From: Candidatus Woesearchaeota archaeon
GTDB lineage: Archaea; Nanobdellota; Nanobdellia; Pacearchaeales; GW2011-AR1
Assembly: GCA_964594115.1 (NCBI GenBank)
Contig: CAZQLD010000005.1
Location: 749-64,748, forward strand
Direction of reading: 5' to 3'
Length of the DNA stretch: 64,000 nt
Shown: piece after piece, positions 45,151 to 54,453 of the stretch
Layout: every line of letters begins with the position of its first letter
How positions within the stretch are numbered: position 1 is the stretch's first letter
The notes under the pieces: model-generated
What the model saw: only the letters and a program-made list of their open reading frames with translations
Databases searched by the model: none
Told to the model about the DNA's origin: nothing
Position numbers and translations under genes: made by a program

Positions 45151-45735
45151 TTATATTGGATTCCCAGCAATATATGTTTCATCAGTCTTATTTTTAGTTA
45201 GGACAAAGAAGAAATTTTCTCCTTCTTGAAGATTAAAATCATATTTTGTTCCTAATAACTTAACTGTAACCTGGGTTCCTGGAGGATCAAAAGACGTCTT
45301 GTTCTCTACATATTTGTTTTTTCCTGAAAGTGTGAAACTGGAAGGTCCATAATCAACACTAATTGTGCCAGTATTTTCAGTTGTGTAACTTGAGGTTGTT
45401 ATATTATCTTCATTTCCATAAACAAAAACAAGTTCACTACCTCTTTCTTTTTCTTCAGTATAATAAATAAAATACTCGCTTGTGAAATTTCTGATTATTT
45501 TGGGTATCTCTATGTCAGTATAGATTCCATAATCCACAACTCTTGTTCCTTCTTCACTTAGCTCCTCGCTTAAATCATAAAATCTCACTGGTTTTTTTCT
45601 TGTGCTTATATAATTTACCAATCCGGATAACCCAACAAGAATCATAACTATTATTATTGCAGCTATGAGATAAAATTGGGCCTTTCTGTTTTTTTCTAAT
45701 AAATTTCCTTCTAAAAATTTGCCTCTTTTTTCCAT
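45151..45735 (-). CDS. pilin-like protein with a class III-like signal
   Basis: EKNRKAQ|FYLIAAIIIVMILVGL. First gene of the minus-strand pilus cluster. TTTTATATA lies ~30 nt upstream of the ATG. Confidence 0.5.
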   Translation of the reverse strand: MEKRGKFLEGNLLEKNRKAQFYLIAAIIIVMILVGLSGLVNYISTRKKPVRFYDLSEELSEEGTRVVDYGIYTDIEIPKIIRNFTSEYFIYYTEEKERGSELVFVYGNEDNITTSSYTTENTGTISVDYGPSSFTLSGKNKYVENKTSFDPPGTQVTVKLLGTKYDFNLQEGENFFFVLTKNKTDETYIAGNPI

Positions 45736-45774
45736 ATCAAAAATAATAGAATTAATAGTATATAAAACTTACCT

Positions 45775-46078
45775 TGCAATTCAGACTCAGGGGTTGCTCT
45801 GGGTTTTGATACTTTAGAATACAGACTCGAGGGTCTGCTCCATACTTCCTAAGAAGCTACCTCGGTACATCCTCAGCTTTGCTACCCTACAAGCACCTTG
45901 TTTCTTGTTTAGGGCTGCTCCGGTCAAGGTCTGACCCATTTTGCAAGAGCAAGATCAAGCAGGACAAAGCCTCAACGTTTGTATTGAGACTTCCTAACAA
46001 ACATGTCACTCGCCCTCTTGCAGCTTGCCTAAAGCCCACTGACAAATGGCGCAGGGCTAGCGCGCCAGCCTAGTCTGC
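45775..46078 (-). ncRNA. structured ~300-nt RNA, best guess signal recognition particle (7S/SRP) RNA
   Basis: A clearly GC-richer island with no credible ORF. The minus-strand 5' region GCAGACUAGGCUGGCGCGCUAGCCCUGCGCCAUUUGUCAGUGGGCUUUAGGC has two hairpins whose loops (AGCCC/GGGCU) can pair, as in an Alu domain. Internal GGGUCAGACC...CCGGAGCAGCCC and GAGGAUGUA resemble helix-8 motifs (GGUCAGGUCCGGAAGGAAGCAGCC, GGGAUGUAG in E. coli 4.5S). 5' CAGACU can pair with 3' AGUCUG. The TATA-like CTTAAATA at 46100-46107 lies ~25 nt upstream. The 3' end is uncertain (45783 or 45822). Confidence 0.5.
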
Positions 46079-46165
46079 ATTTTGACTAAGCTAAAAAGGT
46101 ATTTAAGTTTATTGGAGAATATTAAAGGAGGGTTTGATAAAGGGAACTTTGGTTCCTCTTATAAA

Positions 46166-46249
46166 TGCGGGGGGAAGGATTCGAACTTTCGTAGGCACTA
46201 AGCCACAGGATCTTAAGTCCTGCCCGTTTGACCACTCCGGCACCCCCGC
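46166..46249 (-). tRNA. tRNA-Leu (anticodon UAA), no encoded CCA
   Basis: Hand-folded. Acceptor GCGGGGG/CCCCCGC. Anticodon arm CAGGA-CUUAAGA-UCCUG. Long variable arm UGGCUUAGUGCCUAC. T-arm GAAAG-UUCGAAU-CCUUC (one A-C mismatch). Discriminator A. Confidence 0.85.
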
Positions 46250-46271
46250 ATACCTAAATAATAAATTTACA

Positions 46272-46280
46272 CTATAAAAA
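46272..46280 (-). promoter_or_regulatory. TATA-box-like element (TTTTTATAG) ~27 nt upstream of the tRNA-Leu 5' end
   Basis: Its position relative to the mature 5' end matches the canonical archaeal TATA spacing. Based on sequence reading only. Confidence 0.4.
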
Positions 46281-46339
46281 TCTTATGAGAAAAGATTTTT
46301 ATACCCTTTCACCCTTTTATATAAAACTTTGCACAAAAA

Positions 46340-46900
46340 ATGGGGTTTAAAGAAACACTAGGAGCTTTAGTCAGTAGTTTAGAAGAGATGATTGATATAG
46401 TTCTGATATTAGGGATTCTGGTTTTAATAATAGTCATTTTAAAGATTATAGAAAAAGAACTCAAGGCAAGACTTGAATTAAGAAGAAAAGACAGAAATAT
46501 TTTCTATAGAAAAGAATTGAAAATGTTAAGCAAATCAAAAGAAGAGCCAGAACAAATGCTTGACAGAATTAATGATTTAGGCAGGGATTTTTTTAAAGAA
46601 GCTTTTGGCTTTTCTTATAATATTGAATATTTAGGATTAGTAGGGAAATTCAGAAAAATAGGGAAAAAAGAATGCATAAGTTTTTGCAGATTAATTTCTG
46701 AACTTAATTATTCAGGAGAGCAGATAAGAAGAGATAAGATTAATGTTTTAATAAATATGCTGCAAAAGATAATCGAAAAAAACAAAATCATATCAGAAGA
46801 AGAAAAAAAGATATTAGAAAGAAGAAGACTAAAAAATCAGAAAAAACAAGAGAAAAAGAAATCCTTCTGGAGAAGAAAAAAGCAAGAAACCAAGAAATAA
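46340..46900 (+). CDS. hypothetical membrane protein with a Lys-rich C-terminal tail
   Basis: One N-terminal TM (IVLILGILVLIIVILKII), then a helical region and a KKQEKKKSFWRRKKQETKK tail. Confidence 0.5.
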   Translation: MGFKETLGALVSSLEEMIDIVLILGILVLIIVILKIIEKELKARLELRRKDRNIFYRKELKMLSKSKEEPEQMLDRINDLGRDFFKEAFGFSYNIEYLGLVGKFRKIGKKECISFCRLISELNYSGEQIRRDKINVLINMLQKIIEKNKIISEEEKKILERRRLKNQKKQEKKKSFWRRKKQETKK

Positions 46901-46953
46901 GAGTTAAGCACAAGTTTTAGCTAATAATAATTTTTTAAATTACGAAATTATGT

Positions 46954-47892
46954 TTAGGGCAATAGTTTAAATCTTGAATTTGTTAAGACATATTCGATAA
47001 TAAAAATAATTATTGCAGCAAAGAGCAGATATTTAGACAAGGCAATAGGGACTTTTCTTTTTGTAAGTTTTAGTGCCTTATCAAACGAGTCTAAAAGAGC
47101 ATCTCTGTCTCTTGCCTTAAAGAATATTCCTTCAGTATTATAAGCAAGAGCTTTTAAAGGCTCATCATCCATCTTTGATATACCATAGCTTGTTATTCCT
47201 CCTTCTTCTGTGCCTATGGCAATTGTGTTTATAATAACATCATGATCATTTGCATAAACTATTGCATCATCTATTTCTCCGATAGTTATCTGCCCGTCAC
47301 TTAATAAAATAATTGCTCGGCCTTCTCCGCCCCTTAACAGATTTGTTGATGTAATAACAGCCTCATATATGTCTGTTCCTTCAATTGAACTTTGCTCAAT
47401 ATTATTTATTGCCTCCTTCAGTTCTTCTTTGTTTTTCGTTAAGTCCTTATGAATAAAAGAGTGCCCGGAAAACGCGACAATTCCTATTTCTGTACTTTGT
47501 GGGGCAATATCAATAAAGTTTTTTGATAATTCTTTTGAAGCATCTAGTCTGTTTGGGAATATGTCCTGCGCTTCCATACTCCTTGAAGTATCTATTGCTA
47601 AGATAAATGAGAATGCACTTGCATCCTCTAACCTATGCAAAGTCAAGCCGGAAATTGCTAAAATAAGAAGAGTTACTATAAGAATAGTTAAAATAGTTGT
47701 CACAATATTTCTTGAAAAAAATCCTATCCCCCTAACTCTTGCTATTGCTTCAAAATTCGCAAATCTCAGCGCCTTTTTCTTTGTATTTTTTAATGTCAAA
47801 AGATAAATAAAGATAATTAATGGAAGTGCAAATAAGAGCATAAGATATCTCGGGTTTGTGAATGTGAAGTACATTTTATTTTTTTGGAACAA
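46954..47892 (-). CDS. vWA-domain membrane protein (BatA-like)
   Basis: The N-terminus FTNPRYLMLLFALPLIIFIYLL...RFANFE is BatA-like. vWA MIDAS FILAIDTSRSM. C-terminal TM. Confidence 0.8.
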   Translation of the reverse strand: MFQKNKMYFTFTNPRYLMLLFALPLIIFIYLLTLKNTKKKALRFANFEAIARVRGIGFFSRNIVTTILTILIVTLLILAISGLTLHRLEDASAFSFILAIDTSRSMEAQDIFPNRLDASKELSKNFIDIAPQSTEIGIVAFSGHSFIHKDLTKNKEELKEAINNIEQSSIEGTDIYEAVITSTNLLRGGEGRAIILLSDGQITIGEIDDAIVYANDHDVIINTIAIGTEEGGITSYGISKMDDEPLKALAYNTEGIFFKARDRDALLDSFDKALKLTKRKVPIALSKYLLFAAIIIFIIEYVLTNSRFKLLP

Positions 47893-48781
47893 TAAATTTT
47901 CTTTTTTCTATTCTCTCTTTTAAAAATTGCGCAAGATATGGGGCAAAAGATTTATCTGTTGTTAAACTTAAAAGATCTATGTCAGCATCTATAAAAATTT
48001 TCTTAACTAAATTTTCCTGTTCAAGAGTATTTTTCTCGTATACTTTTTTTACAACCTTAGGGTCTATAATTAACTGTTTTTTAGTTGCAGGATCTTCAAT
48101 AATCACTTCTCCTTTGATATCAGGAAGTGTTTTATCCAAAGGGTCTTTTACCATAATAGCTATAGTTTCAAATCTATTTGAAAAAAAAGTTAATGCTTTT
48201 GAGTCGTCTTTTCCCAGCCTGATAAAATCAGAGATAAGGATTACGGCATTAATTGAGTCATCAAGATACTCTAATAAAAAGTCCAGTGTTTTGCTGATTT
48301 CTGAAACCCCCCCATACAATGAGGCATTAGATAAATCATCTACAAATATATCAAATTGCTTTTTACTTCTCTTTGGCATTAAGGTCTTTATTGCCTCATC
48401 ACTAAAGAGTACGAATCCAATTTTGTCACCATAGTTCATAATAACTTGTGCAAGAGCTGCAGAGAGTTCTGCTGTATACTCACACTTTAATTTTTCTGTT
48501 GAGCCAAAAAGCATATTATCACTTATATCTATAACAAACATAATATTCAAATCTCTTTCTTCTACATATTGTTTAACAAGAAGTTTATTTGCTTTTGTAC
48601 TTGCTTTCCAGTCTATATCTTTAGCATCATCATCAGGATAAAACTCTCTATAGCTATCAAACTCTAATCCTTTACCCCTAAAAATGATTTTATATATAAT
48701 CTTTTTTACTAAAAATTCCCTCATATATGCTTCAAATTCACTTACAGCCCCGGCAATATCTAAATTTAGTTTTCTTTCCAT
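47876..48781 (-). CDS. DUF58-family protein (MoxR-associated)
   Basis: REFYPDDDAKDIDWKASTKANKLLVKQYVEERDLNIMFVIDISDNM. Confidence 0.8.
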   Translation of the reverse strand: MERKLNLDIAGAVSEFEAYMREFLVKKIIYKIIFRGKGLEFDSYREFYPDDDAKDIDWKASTKANKLLVKQYVEERDLNIMFVIDISDNMLFGSTEKLKCEYTAELSAALAQVIMNYGDKIGFVLFSDEAIKTLMPKRSKKQFDIFVDDLSNASLYGGVSEISKTLDFLLEYLDDSINAVILISDFIRLGKDDSKALTFFSNRFETIAIMVKDPLDKTLPDIKGEVIIEDPATKKQLIIDPKVVKKVYEKNTLEQENLVKKIFIDADIDLLSLTTDKSFAPYLAQFLKERIEKRKFIVPKK

Positions 48782-48794
48782 TTTGAATCTAAGA

Positions 48795-50189
48795 TTAAGG
48801 AACCTTAATCTGTTCTAAAATTTCATCAATTATTTTGTCTGAATCTATGCCTTCAACCCTTGATTTATAGGATAATAGGAGTCTGTGTCTTAGTACCTCA
48901 TGGACTACATCCTTAACATCTTTTGGTACAACAAAATTTCTGCCTTGTGTTAATGCTCTTGCTTTGCTTGCTATAAATAAGGCAATAGAAGCTCTTGGGC
49001 TAGCTCCCCATTCAATATACTCTCCGTGTGCAAACTCCCTAGTTCTTGTCAACTCAACAATACTTAAAATATATCTTTTTATTTTCTTACTTAAATAAAT
49101 CTCCTTAGTTAATTTTTGCATTTCCAGTATTTTTTCAGGGTTGGTGATAGGTTTGAGGTCAAAAGTCTCAAATTTTTTAAGCGTGACATTCCTTTCCATT
49201 ATCTCATTTTCTTTGCTTATTTCAGGATATCCCATAATTGATTTAAAGAGGAATCTGTCTATTTGTGCCTCAGGTAAAGTATAAACTCCGCTTGTTTCAA
49301 GAGGATTTTCAGTGGCCATAACAAAAAATGGCAGGGGCAACTTAAACGTGGTTTTGCCTATTGTAACCTGCTTTTCCTGCATAGCTTCAATTAGAGCTGA
49401 CTGTGTTTTAGGAGGTGCACGATTAATCTCATCTGCTATTATAAAATTTGCAAAAATTGGCCCTTTAACTATTTCAAATCCTTTTTTTGGGGTATAAGTA
49501 GTTAATCCAATAATATCTGTTGGTAACAAATCTACTGTGAACTGAATTCTTTTTGACTGGCAACCGCTTACTGCAGCAAGAGCCTTTATTGCAAGGGTTT
49601 TTGCTATTCCTGGAACCCCCTCAAGCAAGACATGACCGTCACAAAGAATGCCCCTAATCAGGCTGTCTATGATTTTTTCTTGCCCAATTACTACTTTTCC
49701 AATCTCCATTTTCATTTTTATTATAATCTCAGCACACTTTTTTATTTTTTCTAAGTCTGGTTTTACTACTTTTTCTGCTTCCTCTTTCCTCTTTTTCTCT
49801 GCTTCTTCCTTTCTCCTTTCTAAGTCTTTAGCTCTCTTTTCTGCTTCTTCCTTTCTCCTCTTCTCAGCCTCCTTTTTTCTCATAGCTAACTCTTTCATCT
49901 TCATCACTGCCTCTCTTCTTCTCTTTTCTAATTCTTTCTGTTCTCCTAGCTCTTTCCTTTTTTCTCTTGCTTTTTTTATTAATTCTTTTTTTATTGCTTC
50001 AGTTTGAGGAATCTTACTAGTCTTAGGAGCTTTTTTCAATCCAAGCTCGGCTGATGCTTCTTCAAAAGCTTTTTCAGAATAACCTGATTTAATAACTTTC
50101 TTTTTTAAATTTGCAATTCCATATTGTTTATGGTACTTTTTCAAATAATTCAAAACAACTTTTTTTTCTAATTCTTCAATTTCCACCAT
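48795..50189 (-). CDS. MoxR-family AAA+ ATPase with a ~150-aa N-terminal extension
   Basis: GHVLLEGVPGIAKTLAIKALA, RIQFTVDLLPTDIIG, IADEINRAPPKTQSALIEAMQE. The N-terminus has a small helical domain plus a K/E/R-rich coiled region. Confidence 0.88.
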   Translation of the reverse strand: MVEIEELEKKVVLNYLKKYHKQYGIANLKKKVIKSGYSEKAFEEASAELGLKKAPKTSKIPQTEAIKKELIKKAREKRKELGEQKELEKRRREAVMKMKELAMRKKEAEKRRKEEAEKRAKDLERRKEEAEKKRKEEAEKVVKPDLEKIKKCAEIIIKMKMEIGKVVIGQEKIIDSLIRGILCDGHVLLEGVPGIAKTLAIKALAAVSGCQSKRIQFTVDLLPTDIIGLTTYTPKKGFEIVKGPIFANFIIADEINRAPPKTQSALIEAMQEKQVTIGKTTFKLPLPFFVMATENPLETSGVYTLPEAQIDRFLFKSIMGYPEISKENEIMERNVTLKKFETFDLKPITNPEKILEMQKLTKEIYLSKKIKRYILSIVELTRTREFAHGEYIEWGASPRASIALFIASKARALTQGRNFVVPKDVKDVVHEVLRHRLLLSYKSRVEGIDSDKIIDEILEQIKVP

Positions 50190-50286
50190 CTTTTTATGCT
50201 AAATATAACCTCTTTTTATTTTGATTCTTTACTATATGCTTAAGGTGTTTTATATTCTTAAACTTTTCTTTTGATAGTTTTGTAAT

Positions 50287-53200
50287 TTAACCTCTTTTGA
50301 TTTTAATTCTCTTATAAAGATAGTATAAAAGCAACGCTGCTACTAAAACAATAGTGGCGTAGGTTAAGTATTTGTATAATTGGTTTTCAAATGTCTCTTT
50401 TTTTCTTGGCAGGCCTGGCTGGGCTATGGCATATCTGCATGCGTCTATGGCTTCTCTTGCTTTCATAAGAGCCTCTGTATATTTCCCTCTTTCATAATGA
50501 TCCCACCCTTCTTTTAATATTTCAGTAATTTCAATACACTCCGGGTTTTCTGCTATGAACTCTTCTGTAAATAATAATTTTTCCAAAACCTCTGTTTTAT
50601 TAGCTTCTTTTACAGTAAGCTGAATCTTGCCCCAGTCATTATACTCCGGACTTTTTACAGTAGCATTTATTGTTATCTCATATAAACCCACTTCATCTGT
50701 ATCTATATCTACAGTTAAGGTAACATTTTTTTTATTTCCTGTTAGAAGCGAAGAAATATGGGTTTGGTCAAAGGAAACTTTTATATCATTTCTGATTCTA
50801 CCGTCTTTTGCTACAACAGCTGTTAAATCTATTTTATAGAGATTTGTTCTTCCTGGGTTGCTTAAGGTTATTGGCAATATCACTATATCTTTTTTATATG
50901 CAGAAATCGGGTCAGGCAAAAGTATTTTTAACATAACAGGAGTTGCTGAACCTCCTCCTCCACCGCCACTAGATGGAGTAGGAGTTTGGGAAGGAGGGGT
51001 AAATCTGACTTCAAACTGATTGCTTAATGCACTGGTCAAACTATAACCGCTTCCATTTAAGTCAGTTGCGTTGATTATTAGTAATTCTGTTACAGTAGTA
51101 GAAGCAGATAAAGTCAAAATCCAGTTTGAGACACTTGAAGAAATAGCACTTGAATTAGCATTGCTTATCACACTGAAATCAACTGTTTGATTGTATGCAG
51201 TATCCCTATAATCTTCATCTGAAAAATAATTGCTAAGGTTTATTGTAATATCAGTATTATAGTCTGATTGCATATCTCCCAAATAACTTGAGAAAACAAC
51301 AGGAGCATTTGTATGATTAATAGTTACATTCCAGCTTATTGTTGTATTAAACTCACTAAAGTTAGGAGGGTACACAATCAAAGTCAGATTCCTTTTTACT
51401 CCATAAGTTTCATCTGTAAAATTTGGAATAAACTCCCAGGTTAGATTTGTGTTATCACCATAATAACTCAGATTATACTTCAAAACATTAGTGCTATTTG
51501 CATTTTCAATATAAAATTCATATGTTAGATTATCTCCTGCAGAATGATTTGCTCTAAATGTTAAATTCGAGGTTATGTTTTCTGCTAAATGAAATTCATA
51601 ATCTGATGCAGGAAAAGTAACATTCGGGTAGTCATAAACATAAATCCAAAAGTCAGCTGAGTCTTCTGCCCCATTAGAATCATTTACAGTTATATTTAGA
51701 TGATAAGACCCTCCTTGCGTTAAATTAAAAGTAATATTTATTTCTCCTGTTGTTGAGTTGAATATACTTGAGTTAAAAATATTTTCTCCTGAGTTAAAAC
51801 CATAACTGAATGTAAAATTAACATTCCCGGATTCTGTAGAATTGCCGTCTTCAGTATCTGTTGCATTTATTCTATAATAAAGACTTCTGCTTATGGCAGA
51901 GGTTTGGTTTGTCAGGTTCATTAAAACAGGAGCATGATTAATTCCCAAAATAGTCAAATTAAAAGAAAGAAAATCACTTTTCATGCCACCCATTGTTGTA
52001 TTGCCATTATCAGTAACATTTATTGTTATATTATACTCTCCAATATCTGCTTTTCTTGGAGTGAAATTTGCGTCAAACTTGCTCCTATTATCTCCTTCAT
52101 AAGCAGGAAACCCAGAATCAATAATAAAATTAAAAAGAGTAGTGTTTGGTCCTTCTATTGTAAGATTAATTACCAGGTTTTCATTATAGAAATTCTTCTG
52201 GCTTAAAGGTATTTTAAAATCATCATCCTGAATCCACAACCATATTGTTGTAACATTGTCCTCTGAACAGTTTATATTAGACACAGAGTCAACAAAAGCA
52301 TTATCTGCCTCAATAGGCCTTTTTATATAAGGGGCTTCATTAACATTATAAACAGTAAAATTAAATGATTTTAAACTGTCAAGCATACCATCACTTGCAT
52401 TAATTGTAACATTGTGAAAACCAACATCCAAATCATCAGGAGTAAAATTAATAATTCCTGTTGTGGGATTAATGCTAAAAGAAGAGAAATTATTATTGAC
52501 TGTAAAAGAAAAAGTTATAGCATCATTGTCAGGGTCGCTAACATTTTCAGAAAAATTAAAATAAGTTTCATTATTATCATAAATAACAAACACTTCAGCC
52601 ATTGAAGCATTCCATTCAGCAGGATTGTCACTTGAAATTTCAATTACAAACTCCTGCTCTGCATAATTATTGGCAGTATCTGTGACATTTACATTAATTG
52701 TATAATTTCCCTCCCCCCAACTCAATCCTGTATTAAAATCAATATTAATTTTAGCTGTTGTTTGATTACTTAAATTAGAATAGCTTGAAATAAAAACCCA
52801 GCTTGTGTTTGAAGCAAAACTCAATACTTCATTCTTAACATTTTTATCTGGAACTAATAAATCATTATCAGTTGCATTAACATAAATTGTCTTATTTTCA
52901 TAAATTGTATAATTGTTTATTATATCTAAACTTACAGAGTCTTCAGTATTATTAACAAAAAACCAGAATATACTGGAATTCTCCCTTATAGCACCCCCTC
53001 CTCCAGTATCTCTAACTGTTATATTTACTGACCAATTCCCAACCTCTGTATCGCTTGTTGTGAAGTTAACTATTGCAGAGGCATTATAGCCTGTAAATCC
53101 ATTAACTGTTACAGTTATACTGCTATCTGAATTATTAAACATAAACCAAGAATAATTGCTTATAAAAGTCAAATTATTTATCTCATCAATATCTGTTGCA

Positions 53201-54435
53201 TTAATTCTGCAAGTAAATAGATAATTTTCTGTTGTATTTCTCTCATTGTCACAAACATAATTAAAATAAGGAGCTGAATTTATATTTAAAACTGTAAAAT
53301 TAGCAAGCTGCTCTGTTGTTTTATTTCCCAAGCTGCTGTTATCCATGACACTAAAATTAATAATATAGGAGCCAACATCATCCCTTACAGGGATAAAGCT
53401 TATGTTTAATATTCCAGTAGTTCCATTAAAAGTATACTGAGAGGAATTAAATAAAGTGCAGTTTGTATTATTTCTGCTGGACCACTCTGCAGTTGCGCAT
53501 TCTATAAAGCTTATATTTAAAATAAAAGGGATATCATTCTCTTCATCAGTTATATTAATAATTTCTTCAAAGAATTGTGTTATATTAAATGACCAATTTT
53601 GCAAATTAACAAAAACAGGCGCATCATTTACCGAAGTTATATTGACATTAAGTATGGCTGTTTGCAGATTACTTTCATCTTTAACACCAAGTTCTATGGA
53701 TTTAGGGCCAGTATTTTCATTAAGAGTAACATTTATAATTAACATACTTGTTGTTTCATTAAAAGTGTAGTTTGTTAAAGTAGTGTTTGAAGAAGAAACC
53801 ACGCTATACTCTAAAATATTTTTATCATTATAATCATCTTCACTAACATTAGCAGTAAAATTATAAGGGCATAAAATATCTTCTGTGCAGTTTAAAATGT
53901 CGGCATTCGTATCTATGTCCCCATCTATATAACCTCCAGTTGTCTTTAAAATAGCAGGCGGGGTATTTGTTATTAGAAAATTATCTGTAATATTAATAGA
54001 AGATAAAAAACTTGCATTAGTACAATTAATTTCAAAATTAAAATTTTTTCCATCTCCATCATAATTAAAGCTTCTGTTATATTCAAATGAAGTTAAGCTT
54101 GTATTATAAGACATATTTGTCCAAGTTGTCCAAGTTCCAGTTTCATTAAATCTTATAGTACAATTGCCACTAGAAATTGGATTGCCTGTTGTTTCATTTG
54201 TGTAATTTGCATAAAAATAAACATTCCAGCTGTTTATAGTTTTTGCTGGAGGACCTTTATAACTACAATACTCACTACAATAAGTATATTTTGTACCTCC
54301 GTCAGTATCATCCCAGATTGTTAAATTCACCCCATTTGAAGAGCCAGAAGTTTGAGCAATAGTTCTGACTAGCAAAAGACTGACTAATACTAAGAATAAA
54401 ATCATAACTGCAATTGTTTTTACTTCTTTTTTCAT
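50287..54435 (-). CDS. giant (1382 aa) cadherin-like/Ig-like repeat surface adhesin, sequon-rich, C-terminally TM-anchored
   Basis: Signal peptide. Repeated domain junctions VNDAPVF, INSAPYF, VNEAPYI, INHAPVL with acidic D-x-D/E loops. Very many N-x-S/T sequons. Poly-Gly hinge PSSGGGGGGS. CARDB-like domain, helical region, TM YATIVLVAALLLYYLY. Confidence 0.75.
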   Translation of the reverse strand: MKKEVKTIAVMILFLVLVSLLLVRTIAQTSGSSNGVNLTIWDDTDGGTKYTYCSEYCSYKGPPAKTINSWNVYFYANYTNETTGNPISSGNCTIRFNETGTWTTWTNMSYNTSLTSFEYNRSFNYDGDGKNFNFEINCTNASFLSSINITDNFLITNTPPAILKTTGGYIDGDIDTNADILNCTEDILCPYNFTANVSEDDYNDKNILEYSVVSSSNTTLTNYTFNETTSMLIINVTLNENTGPKSIELGVKDESNLQTAILNVNITSVNDAPVFVNLQNWSFNITQFFEEIINITDEENDIPFILNISFIECATAEWSSRNNTNCTLFNSSQYTFNGTTGILNISFIPVRDDVGSYIINFSVMDNSSLGNKTTEQLANFTVLNINSAPYFNYVCDNERNTTENYLFTCRINATDIDEINNLTFISNYSWFMFNNSDSSITVTVNGFTGYNASAIVNFTTSDTEVGNWSVNITVRDTGGGGAIRENSSIFWFFVNNTEDSVSLDIINNYTIYENKTIYVNATDNDLLVPDKNVKNEVLSFASNTSWVFISSYSNLSNQTTAKINIDFNTGLSWGEGNYTINVNVTDTANNYAEQEFVIEISSDNPAEWNASMAEVFVIYDNNETYFNFSENVSDPDNDAITFSFTVNNNFSSFSINPTTGIINFTPDDLDVGFHNVTINASDGMLDSLKSFNFTVYNVNEAPYIKRPIEADNAFVDSVSNINCSEDNVTTIWLWIQDDDFKIPLSQKNFYNENLVINLTIEGPNTTLFNFIIDSGFPAYEGDNRSKFDANFTPRKADIGEYNITINVTDNGNTTMGGMKSDFLSFNLTILGINHAPVLMNLTNQTSAISRSLYYRINATDTEDGNSTESGNVNFTFSYGFNSGENIFNSSIFNSTTGEINITFNLTQGGSYHLNITVNDSNGAEDSADFWIYVYDYPNVTFPASDYEFHLAENITSNLTFRANHSAGDNLTYEFYIENANSTNVLKYNLSYYGDNTNLTWEFIPNFTDETYGVKRNLTLIVYPPNFSEFNTTISWNVTINHTNAPVVFSSYLGDMQSDYNTDITINLSNYFSDEDYRDTAYNQTVDFSVISNANSSAISSSVSNWILTLSASTTVTELLIINATDLNGSGYSLTSALSNQFEVRFTPPSQTPTPSSGGGGGGSATPVMLKILLPDPISAYKKDIVILPITLSNPGRTNLYKIDLTAVVAKDGRIRNDIKVSFDQTHISSLLTGNKKNVTLTVDIDTDEVGLYEITINATVKSPEYNDWGKIQLTVKEANKTEVLEKLLFTEEFIAENPECIEITEILKEGWDHYERGKYTEALMKAREAIDACRYAIAQPGLPRKKETFENQLYKYLTYATIVLVAALLLYYLYKRIKIKRG

Positions 54436-54453
54436 TTTATTTAAGCCTCTAAA

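Noticed and set aside
45879-46073. 64-aa plus-strand ORF (MLPYKHLVSCLGLLRSRSDPFCKS...).
   Set aside because: It lies entirely within the GC-rich structured-RNA island. Its composition (Arg/Cys/Leu/Pro) is unlike any other protein in the window, and no RBS is present.
45775-46078. RNase P RNA as an alternative identity for the GC-rich ncRNA.
   Set aside because: I could not find the universally conserved CR-I (GAGGAAAGUCC) or CR-V (ACAGAA...GGCUUA-like) strings on either strand. SRP-like helix-8 and Alu-like features fit better. This remains an untested judgement.
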